DNA from: Patescibacteria group bacterium
Lineage (GTDB): Bacteria; Patescibacteriota; Microgenomatia; UBA10105; UBA927
Direction: 5' to 3'
Assembly: GCA_035510735.1 (NCBI GenBank)
Contig: DATKGN010000004.1
Location: 243,810 to 307,809, forward strand
Length of the DNA: 64,000 bases
Shown here: positions 29,112 through 39,026 of the stretch, piece by piece
Layout of the letters: each line of letters begins with the position of its first letter
How positions within the stretch are numbered: position 1 is the first letter of the stretch
Program-made: the position numbers and the translations under genes
The notes under the pieces: generated by a model
What the model was told of the DNA's origin: nothing
What the model saw: only the letters and a program-made list of their open reading frames with translations
Databases searched by the model: none

Positions 29112-29996
29112 ATGAAACCTTTTTACCTCACAGAAATCACAACGACTGATGGATTAGTGCACCAGGGGATATTCTCTGCGCCGAAAAAACCGGGGAAACG
29201 TGCCATCCTATGGGTACACGGACTGACCGGCAGATTTTACGGCGATAAAGAGATCATGGAGGCGTTTGCGGATGAGTGCGGGAACCGTGGTTGGGGATTT
29301 GCGGCGTTTAACAACCGAGGGCATGACCACATTACCGGTATGCATAAAGTAGACCAGAAGAATCCCGGCGGATTCACGTATGCAATGGGAGGCGGGGGAT
29401 ATGAAAAATTTGAAGAATGTATTTTTGATATTCACGCGGGAGTTGATTTCCTCGTCTCCCGGGGATTCCCGGAAGTATTCGTCGTCGGACATAGCACGGG
29501 GGCGCTCAAAGTTATATATTCCGAAGGGACGAAGCCGCATGAAAATGTTGCCGGTGTTGTTTTGGCGGGAGCGATCAGCGATCGGCTAGGACCTGAAGTT
29601 GATAAAGAAAAATTATCAATTCAGATTGCCCAAATGGAAAAGTTAATTGCCGAAGGTAAAGGGGATGAACTCGTGAACGGACTCGCTTTCTTTCCCATGA
29701 CGCCGAAACGGTTCATAAGTTTATATAAAAAGGGATCCGCTGAAGATGTCGTTGATTACGGCGACGAAAACCCAAAGATGACTGCTTTTTCCAAAATCCT
29801 AAAACCAACGTTAGTTATCATTTCCGGCCAAGATGAAAATTTGGACCGACCAGCCGAGGATATACAAAAAGTGTTTGATGCAAAGACGCATGCGAAACAA
29901 TATAAAAGCATCATTATCCCGAGTGTTGACCATGGATTTACCGGGAAAGAAAAAGAAGCGGTGAATATAATTGTATCCTGGATTACGACGTTGTAG
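29112..29996 (+). CDS. Alpha/beta-hydrolase fold protein (paralogue of 44486..45379)
   Basis: Nucleophile elbow VVGHSTGAL (GxSxG) and a conserved HGLTG...FNNRGHD block. Clear paralogy to the ORF at 44486. Confidence 0.6.
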   Translation: MKPFYLTEITTTDGLVHQGIFSAPKKPGKRAILWVHGLTGRFYGDKEIMEAFADECGNRGWGFAAFNNRGHDHITGMHKVDQKNPGGFTYAMGGGGYEKFEECIFDIHAGVDFLVSRGFPEVFVVGHSTGALKVIYSEGTKPHENVAGVVLAGAISDRLGPEVDKEKLSIQIAQMEKLIAEGKGDELVNGLAFFPMTPKRFISLYKKGSAEDVVDYGDENPKMTAFSKILKPTLVIISGQDENLDRPAEDIQKVFDAKTHAKQYKSIIIPSVDHGFTGKEKEAVNIIVSWITTL

Positions 29997-30022
29997 CATC
30001 TATTTGTTATAATCCTCTTGAT

Positions 30023-30634
30023 ATGAAAAAATCGGCGTCGGTCGTTGTTTTAAAGCCCGGATACGCAAGATGGGAAGGATATGCATCACAGCGGGCGTGC
30101 GGAACGATTACTCTTATCAAGTCTCACAAAAATTGCATGGTCGATTTAGGAGTGCCGGGAGATAAAGGTAAAATTCTAAATGAATTAAGAAAGCAAAACC
30201 TCAAACCCAGAGATATCGATACCGTTATTCTCACGCATTCTGATGTTGATCACATTGGTAATATGAATCTGTTTCCGGATGCTACGTTTATCGGTGGAAA
30301 TGATGTGATACAAGGAGATTTATTTAAGGAATTTTTTAAAGAAAAATATACCGTTGATGAAAACATTTCCGTTATCCATACGCCGGGTCATGATAATCGG
30401 AGTATCACAGTCATAGTTAATGCTATAGATGGTGTAGTTGCTATAACCGGTGATTTATTTGAATACGAAAATGATTGGCGTACCGTTGATACGTCCAAAC
30501 CGTGGGAAGTCTGGAGCCAGGATACAAAACTTCAGACCGAAAGCCGCGTAAAAATTTGGAAACTTGCCGATTATATTGTGCCCGGCCATGGGAATATATT
30601 TAAAGTAGATAAATCCGTTCATTTGGATAGGTAA
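30023..30634 (+). CDS. MBL-fold metallo-hydrolase
   Basis: THSDVDHIGN is the HxHxDH motif. A downstream HTPGHD and a C-terminal PGHG also match. Confidence 0.75.
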   Translation: MKKSASVVVLKPGYARWEGYASQRACGTITLIKSHKNCMVDLGVPGDKGKILNELRKQNLKPRDIDTVILTHSDVDHIGNMNLFPDATFIGGNDVIQGDLFKEFFKEKYTVDENISVIHTPGHDNRSITVIVNAIDGVVAITGDLFEYENDWRTVDTSKPWEVWSQDTKLQTESRVKIWKLADYIVPGHGNIFKVDKSVHLDR

Positions 30635-30643
30635 TCGATTTAA

Positions 30644-30700
30644 CCCCCTTCGCAAATGGCTTCCGCCTTCGCTAAAGCTTCGTCGGACAAGTCGGGCGGA
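30644..30700. repeat. Hairpin repeat family 2, tandem degenerate variant
   Basis: CCTTCGCAAATGGCTTCCG followed by CCTTCGCTAAAGCTTCG, flanked by CCGCC...GGGCGG. Confidence 0.45.
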
Positions 30701-30823
30701 CAGGCAAAAATTGAATAGAATAGACCTTTGTGCTAGTATTTAGTGTATTCCACGGATGAGATACGAGGAAATGAGGAGGTCCCGATTGGGGCCTTTTGCC
30801 TTTGTTAGAGTTTCTGAGAAGAG

Positions 30824-31300
30824 GTGTTTTATACGACCGAACCAACGAAAACTACACCGCGATACCGCATAACAAAACCGGTGGTTGACGACATTGAGCC
30901 TCTTTGGAAATGGGGAGAGGAAAATTGGGAGCTTTGGAGCGATAGCAAACACAAATGGTATACGAAAAAATCTCTCACGAAATGGGTGAAAGACCCCCAA
31001 AAAGACATTCTTCTTGTTGCAAAAATTGATACGAAACCCATCGGTATGTGTATGACATATGTGCTTCGCGATTGGGCCTACTGCACGGGCCTTTTCGTTG
31101 ATAAAGAATATCGCAGTATAGGAATAGGTAAAACATTACTCACGGAAACCATGAAGCGTTTACGAAAACGTCGCATTGATCTATTTTCATTTATGGTCGA
31201 CGCACGAAACGCGAAGAGTCTCCGGTATTATAAAAAATTGGGTTTTGCGCGCGGTTTTGATAGTATCTGCATGTATAAAACATTGCGGAAAAGTTCCTGA
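30824..31300 (+). CDS. GNAT-family N-acetyltransferase
   Basis: Acetyl-CoA-binding motif A VDKEYRSIGIGKTLL. 158 aa. Confidence 0.65.
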   Translation: MFYTTEPTKTTPRYRITKPVVDDIEPLWKWGEENWELWSDSKHKWYTKKSLTKWVKDPQKDILLVAKIDTKPIGMCMTYVLRDWAYCTGLFVDKEYRSIGIGKTLLTETMKRLRKRRIDLFSFMVDARNAKSLRYYKKLGFARGFDSICMYKTLRKSS

Positions 31301-31318
31301 ATGGTATAAAAGAGTATT

Positions 31319-31645
31319 ATGACGGACATGATTCTTGTTTATATAACGTGTGCAAGCCCCGAAGAAGCTAAAAAGATCGGGATGCATTTACTGAAAAAGC
31401 GTTTGTGCGGATGTATTAATATCATTCCCGGCATGAACTCCGTCTATTTTTGGCCGCCGAAAACCGGAGTATTTGAAGAGGGCCACGAAACCATCCTGAT
31501 TGTGAAAACACTTGAGAAAAAATTTGCCGACGTTGAACGCGAAGTAAAAACAGTTCATGTATCCCAGACGCCGTGCATCATTGCAATTCCCGTATCAAAT
31601 GTTTCGAAAAAGTATTACGATTGGATACAAGGAGAAATACAATGA
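31319..31645 (+). CDS. cutA: Divalent-cation tolerance protein CutA
   Basis: MILVYITCASPEEAKKIG...CINIIPGMNSVYFW...HETILIVKT. 108 aa. Confidence 0.75.
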   Translation: MTDMILVYITCASPEEAKKIGMHLLKKRLCGCINIIPGMNSVYFWPPKTGVFEEGHETILIVKTLEKKFADVEREVKTVHVSQTPCIIAIPVSNVSKKYYDWIQGEIQ

Positions 31646-32385
31646 ATGGAAAATTGAAAGGAAAAGTCGCACTTGTCACTGGCTCGTCTCGCGGGATCGG
31701 GCGGGCAACGGCAATTCTATTTGCCAAAGAAGGAGCGAATGTCGTTGTTAACTATAAATCCAATAAGAAAGAAGCTGATGAAGTCGTTAAAATTATTGGT
31801 GACGGCAATGCGATTGCTATTAAAGCTGACGTGACACATGGAAGTGACGTTAAATTATTAATCAACGAAACAGTGAAGAAGTTCGGGGGCATTGATATAT
31901 TAATTAATAATGCGGGGGAAATATTCAGGCCCGGTGATTGGAAAAGTGATCAGGCAACCTGGCAAAAAACCATCGATACGAACCTTACCTCAGCATGGCT
32001 TATGATCCGCGAGGCGGCTCCCATCATGCAGAAAAACGGCGGGGGAGCGATTGTGAATACGGTTTCCGTTTACGGATTTTTGGGTGCGGCAGCGGTACTT
32101 GCGTATACGTCAGCCAAGGGCGGGCTCATCACGCTTACGAAGTCATTTGCCAAAGAGCTTGCCCCATCGATCCGGGTGAACGCGGTAGCTCCTAGTAACG
32201 TCATGACCGATATGGTCAAGGGCGCCGGTCCGGCGCTTATTGAACAATTCAGGCAGGAAACGCCGCTCAAGCGGATAGCTGAACCGGTCGAGCTTGCAAA
32301 AGCTATGCTGTTTCTGGTTTCGGATGATGCCAGCTACGTGACCGGGGAAGTTTTGGTCGTCGACGGGGGATATAGCCTCAAGTAA
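31642..32385 (+). CDS. SDR-family oxidoreductase (FabG-like)
   Basis: Start at ATG 31642 (RBS aggag), overlapping the cutA stop. TGSSRGIGRA cofactor motif, NNAG, and Y-x3-K. Confidence 0.85.
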   Translation: MNGKLKGKVALVTGSSRGIGRATAILFAKEGANVVVNYKSNKKEADEVVKIIGDGNAIAIKADVTHGSDVKLLINETVKKFGGIDILINNAGEIFRPGDWKSDQATWQKTIDTNLTSAWLMIREAAPIMQKNGGGAIVNTVSVYGFLGAAAVLAYTSAKGGLITLTKSFAKELAPSIRVNAVAPSNVMTDMVKGAGPALIEQFRQETPLKRIAEPVELAKAMLFLVSDDASYVTGEVLVVDGGYSLK

Positions 32386-32405
32386 CTTTCTGGTATACTC
32401 TGTTC

Positions 32406-33269
32406 ATGCCGTTTTATGTTTATGCGTGGATAGCAAACGCTTGTCTTGGTTTGGGTGCCATATCAGGAAAGCTTTCCGCAAAGCACCAGATAAAAAATCC
32501 GTGGTTATTTAATTTCGTTTGGGGTTTAATCATCACCGTTCTTACTCTTCCGTTTGCACTTGCGGCTCACCCCCATTTGCCAACCCATTGGGGTCAGCTG
32601 TGGCTCATGGGTTTTTTTTCCATGGCAGCAGGAGTTCTTTATATTTTTTCGCTGTATGCAGTTGATATTTCCGTTTTGGGGCCGATGTATAACCTGCGGA
32701 TTGTCATCAGTACTATTTTGGGATTCCTTTTGTTCCACGAACGGTTGGCTGGTTTTCAAATCGGTCTTATGGTACTCATTTTGATCGGCGGAGTTTTGAT
32801 AACGGTTGATGAACGGTTCAGTACTAAATCGTTTTTTAACCGAGCTATTGTACTTGTTTTAATTACGGTTACGATGTCTGCTATCTACGGCGCCACCATA
32901 AAGTATGCGATGCAATTCGAAGGATATTGGGAAGTGACCATGTGGGGGAATATCCTTGCGCAGGTTCTTTTAATCCCGACGATTTGGTTTTTTTGGCGGG
33001 ATATACGAAAGGTCCGGTGGCATGAGTGGAGCGGCGTTGTGGGGATTGGCGTATTTTCAACCATTGCATCTGCAGCGCAAAACGCGGCCTACGCCGTGAA
33101 TATCGGTATCACGACCGCAATACTTTCGGCTCCGTCATCCATGATTTTGGCAGTCATGTTGTCGCTCTTTATGCCGAAATTGCTTGAGAAACATACGATG
33201 AAAATATATGCGATCCGGTTTTCGGCCGCTGCCATCATGGTCGTCGCCGCGCTCCGTTTATCTTCGTAA
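32406..33269 (+). CDS. Polytopic membrane protein (DMT/EamA-like permease candidate)
   Basis: About 9-10 hydrophobic helices with no soluble domain. Confidence 0.35.
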   Translation: MPFYVYAWIANACLGLGAISGKLSAKHQIKNPWLFNFVWGLIITVLTLPFALAAHPHLPTHWGQLWLMGFFSMAAGVLYIFSLYAVDISVLGPMYNLRIVISTILGFLLFHERLAGFQIGLMVLILIGGVLITVDERFSTKSFFNRAIVLVLITVTMSAIYGATIKYAMQFEGYWEVTMWGNILAQVLLIPTIWFFWRDIRKVRWHEWSGVVGIGVFSTIASAAQNAAYAVNIGITTAILSAPSSMILAVMLSLFMPKLLEKHTMKIYAIRFSAAAIMVVAALRLSS

Positions 33270-33324
33270 TTTCCACTTCCGTAATTTGCCTCACGGCGCG
33301 TTTTTATGCTATGATCGAAAACAC

Positions 33325-34218
33325 ATGAAACAGAAGTTTTTTTTCCTCGTTGCTATCCTCGGACTTATTATTGTGGTTGGCGCAGTAATCCATTATCTGG
33401 GTACCCGCGGTCCAAAAATAGGTGAACTCCGGGTAGAAAGTCAACCGGATGCATCAATTTTCCTGGATGATAAAAATATCGGAAAAACGCCATTTCGTGA
33501 CAAAATTGATGTCGGCGATTATACATTGAAACTAGTTCCGAACTCGACAACATCGCAACTGAATTCATGGGAGGGTAAGGTATCAGTCGGTCAGAACCTC
33601 CTGACCTATGTGAATGCAAACCTTAGTGAGTCGGACCTTACGACAGCTGTCGATGAGGTGTGGCTGGAAAAAATAACGAGCAAAACCTCGGAGCTATCCG
33701 TAACGACCAATCCTGATGGTGCGACCGTGCTTGTTGACGATGTCATTAAAGGGGTGACTCCCTTATCGCTTCAGGATATAACAACAGGAGACCACGATAT
33801 CAGCATCACGAATACCGGTTTTCTGACCCGGACGCTCAAGATTAAAACGACTCCGGGGTATCGTCTTATCGCGAGTTTTAAATTAGCACTTTCTCCCGGA
33901 AGTCCGACTCCTGATACAGGGATTGCGGCATCATCAAGTGCAACTCCAGTGTCTAATGCTCTGCCCTCAAGTAGCAATGCTTCGTCGTCGGCGTCTCAAC
34001 AACCTGACCCTCCCAAGCCGTTTGTCATCATAAAAGATACTCCAACCGGATTTTTACGCGTCCGCATGGATGCATCAGTCAGCGCATCGGAAGCGGCGCG
34101 GGTGAATCCGGGTGATAAATTTACCATCGTTGATGATAAAAACGGCTGGTATGAGATAAAATATGACGGCACGAACACGGGGTGGGTCTCAGGTCAATAC
34201 ACCGAGAAAGTTCAGTAA
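33325..34218 (+). CDS. Membrane-anchored PEGA-domain and SH3b-domain protein
   Basis: Start at ATG 33325 (MKQKFFFLVAILG TM helix). PEGA-like GATVLVDDVIKGVTPL; C-terminal GWYEIKYDGTNTGWVSGQY is SH3b-like. Confidence 0.55.
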   Translation: MKQKFFFLVAILGLIIVVGAVIHYLGTRGPKIGELRVESQPDASIFLDDKNIGKTPFRDKIDVGDYTLKLVPNSTTSQLNSWEGKVSVGQNLLTYVNANLSESDLTTAVDEVWLEKITSKTSELSVTTNPDGATVLVDDVIKGVTPLSLQDITTGDHDISITNTGFLTRTLKIKTTPGYRLIASFKLALSPGSPTPDTGIAASSSATPVSNALPSSSNASSSASQQPDPPKPFVIIKDTPTGFLRVRMDASVSASEAARVNPGDKFTIVDDKNGWYEIKYDGTNTGWVSGQYTEKVQ

Positions 34219-35335
34219 CAAAATCGTTTGGGTCCTTTCTATATTCCTCCTTATTGCGGGATTTATTGTCATCAGCAGGGTGTTGTTGTTGGGTAGTTAT
34301 CCTGATTTTACCAATTATTATTACGGCACGATTGCATTTCTGCATGGGCAAAATCCGTATCTCGGGATGGCAAAGGTTTTTGCGCCGTTTGCCTATCCGC
34401 CGTTTCTTTTTATTATCCTTTCTCCGCTCACCGTATTGCCGTTTATTATTGCGGGTAAAGTGTGGGCAACACTTTCTATACTGTTTTTTTTGGCTTCTCT
34501 GTACGTACTTATTACTGTGTGTGATGGTCATAAACCTGACCACATGACGGTGATTGCAATAGCTATACTGGTCGCGACATTTTTTCCGGCAAAATTTGCA
34601 CTCGGTATGGGACAAATCAATATGCTCATTCTTCTGGGCGTCGCATCATTTTTCTATTTGGAAAAGAAAAAATTGGATTTCGCCGCCGGTATTGTTCTTG
34701 CGGTTGCTATGTCGGTGAAACTGTTTCCGATCCTATTTATCCCCTGGCTCATACTGCGCCGGCGTTGGCAAATTTTGGGCGGATGTATTACTGGGCTCAT
34801 GGTATGTTACGGAGTGCTTGAAATATTGGGTTATGGCAGACTTATCGGATATTATTATGTCCACGTATTTCCGGCGGTCGCCTCAGGGTGGAAAAGCGAT
34901 TATTACAACCAGTCGCTTAGCGGGTTCCTGGCGCGTGAAGTCACAAATGACGCCGTCCGGCGATTGGCGGAAATTGCAGCGGGCTTTGGAATAGTGATTG
35001 CTACATTCATCTCTATTGTCAGTTCGAAAGACCGGAAGCGATTTATTCTTGAGGGAAGTCTCGTTCTTGTTGCAAACGTACTTATCAATGCATTTTCCTG
35101 GCAACACCACTTCGTCTGGATAATTCCGGCACTTATCGCAGTATGGTTTGCAGTCCGGGAATTTCACGTGTCCTGGCTGCTTCGCACTATTTTGTTTGTC
35201 GGTTATGTTTTGGTGGCATCTAATATCCGTAATCCGGATGCGGTACCAGTATTATTAAGATCACACGTTTTCTACGGAGCGCTGTTGTTATGGGGAGGGC
35301 TTCTTTGGATCATTATGCGCCGATACCATAGATGA
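34163..35335 (+). CDS. Integral membrane DUF2029/GT87-like glycosyltransferase candidate
   Basis: Multi-TM. N-terminal YPDFTNYYYG...NPY resembles DUF2029 family proteins. The true start is uncertain (56 bp overlap with the upstream ORF). Confidence 0.45.
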   Translation: MTARTRGGSQVNTPRKFSNKIVWVLSIFLLIAGFIVISRVLLLGSYPDFTNYYYGTIAFLHGQNPYLGMAKVFAPFAYPPFLFIILSPLTVLPFIIAGKVWATLSILFFLASLYVLITVCDGHKPDHMTVIAIAILVATFFPAKFALGMGQINMLILLGVASFFYLEKKKLDFAAGIVLAVAMSVKLFPILFIPWLILRRRWQILGGCITGLMVCYGVLEILGYGRLIGYYYVHVFPAVASGWKSDYYNQSLSGFLAREVTNDAVRRLAEIAAGFGIVIATFISIVSSKDRKRFILEGSLVLVANVLINAFSWQHHFVWIIPALIAVWFAVREFHVSWLLRTILFVGYVLVASNIRNPDAVPVLLRSHVFYGALLLWGGLLWIIMRRYHR

Positions 35336-36251
35336 TGAGTACCACACATACGGACCAGAGAATAACCGTTGTTAACAGGGGTTTATCGGTTGTCAGAATT
35401 TTTTCAGGAGACTCTCCTTTGCCCTCATAAATGAGTTGCATGTAGCGCATAATACCGTACAGCACAAAAGGAATCGTTATCATGATCCATTTCCGATCCG
35501 GTAAATCCTGGGTAAACATCGTATAACCTTTAAAGAAAAAACCCTGATTGACCGGCCGTTCAAGAAATGTATAAAACGCGTACGTAATAAATGTTGAGTT
35601 TGCAAACATTGCAGTGTACGTATCAAGAAGCCGTTCAGAGTAATGGGAAAGGCTTGATCGCGTTTCATTTGGCAGGGTTCCTTTGTATCCCTGAATGAGC
35701 GTCAGTTCCGCGCGCCGTTTACCGATGGCGAGAAATAGAGCAAGCGATAACGTTGCAAGAGCAATCCAGACGGAAATATGATATCCGGTAGCAGCTTCTC
35801 CCGCGTAGACACGGATAAAGTAGGCTGCGGTGATCGTGAGGATGTCGATTACGGTAATATGTTTCAAAAACAACGTATATGAATACTCCAAAAGGATAAA
35901 AATAATAGACAGGGTAAAGAAGGTTTTATTGATGGAAAAGCTGATAATAAGCCCGCTCACAACAAGTAATCCGGATAATATATACGCCAACGGTTTCGGA
36001 AGATCGCCGCTTGCAATAGGCCGGAATTTTTTAAACGGGTGTTTCCGGTCATGATCGATGTCCATGACATCGTTGAACACATAATTTGATGAGGACAGAA
36101 GACAAAAAGCGATGAATCCCAATAGGGTGGAAGAAAACGCAGCGCCCTCAAAAATATGACCCGTCATCAGGATCGTTGCAAAAAGAGCGAGATTTTTCAA
36201 CCATTGTCGTGGTCTCGCTGTTTTGATAATTGCGAAAAGAAGGCTACCCAT
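35313..36251 (-). CDS. UbiA-family prenyltransferase (decaprenyl-phosphate phosphoribosyltransferase-like)
   Basis: ARPRQWLKN near the N-terminus, NDVMDIDHD (NDxxDxxxD) Asp-rich motif, multiple TM helices. Confidence 0.7.
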   Translation of the reverse strand: MGSLLFAIIKTARPRQWLKNLALFATILMTGHIFEGAAFSSTLLGFIAFCLLSSSNYVFNDVMDIDHDRKHPFKKFRPIASGDLPKPLAYILSGLLVVSGLIISFSINKTFFTLSIIFILLEYSYTLFLKHITVIDILTITAAYFIRVYAGEAATGYHISVWIALATLSLALFLAIGKRRAELTLIQGYKGTLPNETRSSLSHYSERLLDTYTAMFANSTFITYAFYTFLERPVNQGFFFKGYTMFTQDLPDRKWIMITIPFVLYGIMRYMQLIYEGKGESPEKILTTDKPLLTTVILWSVCVVLIIYGIGA

Positions 36252-37279
36252 ATCATAAATCCGCTGACGGCAAGTATGACAAAAAGCATCGCAAACACTT
36301 TTTGCTTACTTGTTATCGTAAGCGCAATTGCACCCAGTATAGCGGACACACCCCAGTAAAACAAGGCAATTTTTCGTTTCCCCCAACCGATATCTAAGAG
36401 TCTGTGATGAAGGTGACCACGATCGGCTAAAACCGGTGAACGGCTTTTTCCGATACGCCGCAGAAGTGTATAAACGGCATCAATCATGGGAATTCCGAGC
36501 ACAAGGAGAGCGGTGCCGACTTTGCCGTACGACAGAATTCCGAGGATCGCGAGTAAAAATCCCGCAAGTGTTTTCCCCCCGTAGCCCGGCATAATCTTCT
36601 GGGGAAAAAAATTCCACGGGATGAATCCCGCAAATGCTCCCGCTATAACAAACGCAAATATGGTAACGCCGATTTGTGATGGATCATGGATGGTAAACCG
36701 TAATGATAATAATCCGAGTACGCAGGCACTTATTGCGACAAACCCGGGCATTTGTCCGTCAACTCCCGCTGACCATCCGATGATATTCATCGTCCACAGA
36801 ATCCATAAAAAGGCAAAAAGATCCGCCCAGACGAAAATTGAATGCGTGCCCATGAACTGAAAAGAAATATGCAGGATATTTAAGTTAATGACTCCTCCTA
36901 TAAATGGATTGGTTACGTACGGTATGCCAACACCGGAAAATACGACAATGAGTGCCGCGGCTGCGTTTGTGGAAAAGCGAATATATGGATTAATATCTTT
37001 CCGGTCATCGAGTAACCCAACGATCACTAATATAACTGATCCTAAGAGCGTGCCCGCAATAACTTTGTTCATCGGAACAAAAAAGAGTGTTGCAAGGGCG
37101 ATACCAAAAAAAAGGGCTGCTCCGCCTGCTCTCGGAATGATGCCCTTGTGCGTGTGAGCCGGGTGATACCTGGCCTTGGGATCATCGACGAGATGATAGT
37201 GTTTCGCTAAATGTATGACTACGGGTGTTGCTATTGTCGTGAGAATGAGCGCGGATATAAATGGTAGAAAAAAATTCAT
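36197..37279 (-). CDS. Glycosyltransferase family 4 polyprenyl-phosphate sugar-1-P transferase (WecA/MraY family)
   Basis: Polytopic protein. C-terminal ADRGHLHHRLLD motif and a DDxxD-like LLDDRKD. Confidence 0.7.
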   Translation of the reverse strand: MNFFLPFISALILTTIATPVVIHLAKHYHLVDDPKARYHPAHTHKGIIPRAGGAALFFGIALATLFFVPMNKVIAGTLLGSVILVIVGLLDDRKDINPYIRFSTNAAAALIVVFSGVGIPYVTNPFIGGVINLNILHISFQFMGTHSIFVWADLFAFLWILWTMNIIGWSAGVDGQMPGFVAISACVLGLLSLRFTIHDPSQIGVTIFAFVIAGAFAGFIPWNFFPQKIMPGYGGKTLAGFLLAILGILSYGKVGTALLVLGIPMIDAVYTLLRRIGKSRSPVLADRGHLHHRLLDIGWGKRKIALFYWGVSAILGAIALTITSKQKVFAMLFVILAVSGFMIWVAFFSQLSKQRDHDNG

Positions 37280-37284
37280 GAATG

Positions 37285-37665
37285 TTATGTTACCAGAAAC
37301 AGAACTTTAATGACTGCGATAAATGAAAGTAAGTTAATAAGAAACGAAGACAAAAAAAGTACCTGGGTAAAAATGAGATATTCGCTCATTACATAGATAC
37401 TTATAAGGAGATTAATGAGGTATATACATAATGCGCCGAGCGGAAGAATAAATATCCAGACTGGTTGAGCGAGCTGGTCCGCACCCCAGGGTCGTGAATA
37501 CCAGAGAGGGACAAGCGGCGGCAGTATGGGCCATCGCCATATGATCGCTGCAATTGAGGCTGCGAGGAAAAAGAAAATGAATTTTGTCGCTAATTGGATG
37601 ACCCAATTTTTTTTAACGACTTTCCATGATGTTAATCTGTCGGCTGATTGAAATGATAATTTCAT
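37285..37665 (-). CDS. Small hydrophobic membrane protein
   Basis: 126 aa with 3-4 TM helices. 4 bp overlap with the upstream gene. Confidence 0.35.
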   Translation of the reverse strand: MKLSFQSADRLTSWKVVKKNWVIQLATKFIFFFLAASIAAIIWRWPILPPLVPLWYSRPWGADQLAQPVWIFILPLGALCIYLINLLISIYVMSEYLIFTQVLFLSSFLINLLSFIAVIKVLFLVT

Positions 37666-39017
37666 AATTTTGTATGACGGTCCGGTAGCATGGACTTTTG
37701 GGAAATATTCATGTTATAAACGATTTCGTAGCTTGCGTCGCCGTGAACAAGGAACGCCCTATTCGGATAGACTGGAATAGTTTTAACGATTTCAGACGGC
37801 GGGACTATGATGTCGCCGACATACCAGGGAAATGGTACATTATTCGGATCATAGAAAAAGACTTTCGTTTCATCTTTGCTGTAATATTTCGATTCAAAAT
37901 AGATAAGAGGATTATCAACCAGAACGATATCGTTTTTCCCCATAAGTGCATTTATCTGGAGAATCGTGCTTCTTGAATCAAGTTTGGGATGCTCCTGTGG
38001 ATACCAAATATTGAAGCCGATGATAAAAAGAAAAGCAATGGCCGCTGCCGCAATTTGCAGCGCATGATTTCTGATTTTTTCTATCGTAAGGGTAATGAGA
38101 AATACTTCGGCGATCGTCACTGGGATAACATACCGGATAACAAAAAGGGGTTTTATAAATGAGACGCCGATTGTAACGATAAGCGGAATGATTACCATCA
38201 TAAAAAAGAAACTGTTTCTCGCCCTGACATTTTTAGGAAGTAGGGCGATAATAAATAGAACAAGAAGAATACATGATAACCCCTCTGTAAACGACCATAA
38301 AAACCATGGGGTCCCTTCATATCCGATAAACATATTACCTAATACCGATAAAATAAGCCGGAGGTCTACGGGGAAGTACCAGGAGGATGAAAGTCTGGAC
38401 AAGTCGAGGATTACGTGAATGAGCCACGGAGCAAAAAGAACGACGGTTATTGCGAACGCGCGCACCATAGAATCGTTCAGGATAGTTTTCCAATGTTTCC
38501 AGTGATGTAATTGTTTCTTAACGAATATGTAATGAAGTATCTGAACAGCCGGGACGATAACCATATACGTATGTGTGTAAAGTCCAAGCGTTGTTGCGAT
38601 GATGTAGAGTAACATCCGGTCGTTCATATAGGCATACATTGAAGTAACGGCAAAAAACATATACCAGCCATAGGTGCGCGCTTCGACGCCGTAATATATA
38701 AGCATCGGGTTGAAGAAGAAAAACACCGGAAGGAACCACGACAGCCAATGTGATTTAAATAGTTTTTCTGACCAGTAGATGACGACAATTGTCGCGAGTG
38801 AAAAACCGATGAATGACAAGCTTCGTACGGCCACCTCACCCGTTCCGAAGATTTTCATCCAAAAGTGGAGGAGCAGGTAGTACAGAGGCGGCTCAAAGGT
38901 GACCTTCAAAAATTCCAAGGGCGACCGCTGTGCAAACAGCACTGAGAATGCTTCATCTCTCCAAAAGCTTTGAGTGAGGTAAAAGAGCGGCGTGTTATGG
39001 AAGAGAAAATTCATCAT
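37662..39017 (-). CDS. GT-C fold glycosyltransferase (GT39/ArnT/PMT-like)
   Basis: Polytopic. N-terminal loop with WRDEAFS (DE motif) and FGTGEVAVRSLSF, as in ArnT/PMT family proteins. Confidence 0.6.
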   Translation of the reverse strand: MMNFLFHNTPLFYLTQSFWRDEAFSVLFAQRSPLEFLKVTFEPPLYYLLLHFWMKIFGTGEVAVRSLSFIGFSLATIVVIYWSEKLFKSHWLSWFLPVFFFFNPMLIYYGVEARTYGWYMFFAVTSMYAYMNDRMLLYIIATTLGLYTHTYMVIVPAVQILHYIFVKKQLHHWKHWKTILNDSMVRAFAITVVLFAPWLIHVILDLSRLSSSWYFPVDLRLILSVLGNMFIGYEGTPWFLWSFTEGLSCILLVLFIIALLPKNVRARNSFFFMMVIIPLIVTIGVSFIKPLFVIRYVIPVTIAEVFLITLTIEKIRNHALQIAAAAIAFLFIIGFNIWYPQEHPKLDSRSTILQINALMGKNDIVLVDNPLIYFESKYYSKDETKVFFYDPNNVPFPWYVGDIIVPPSEIVKTIPVYPNRAFLVHGDASYEIVYNMNISQKSMLPDRHTKL

Positions 39018-39026
39018 TCTTTTAAA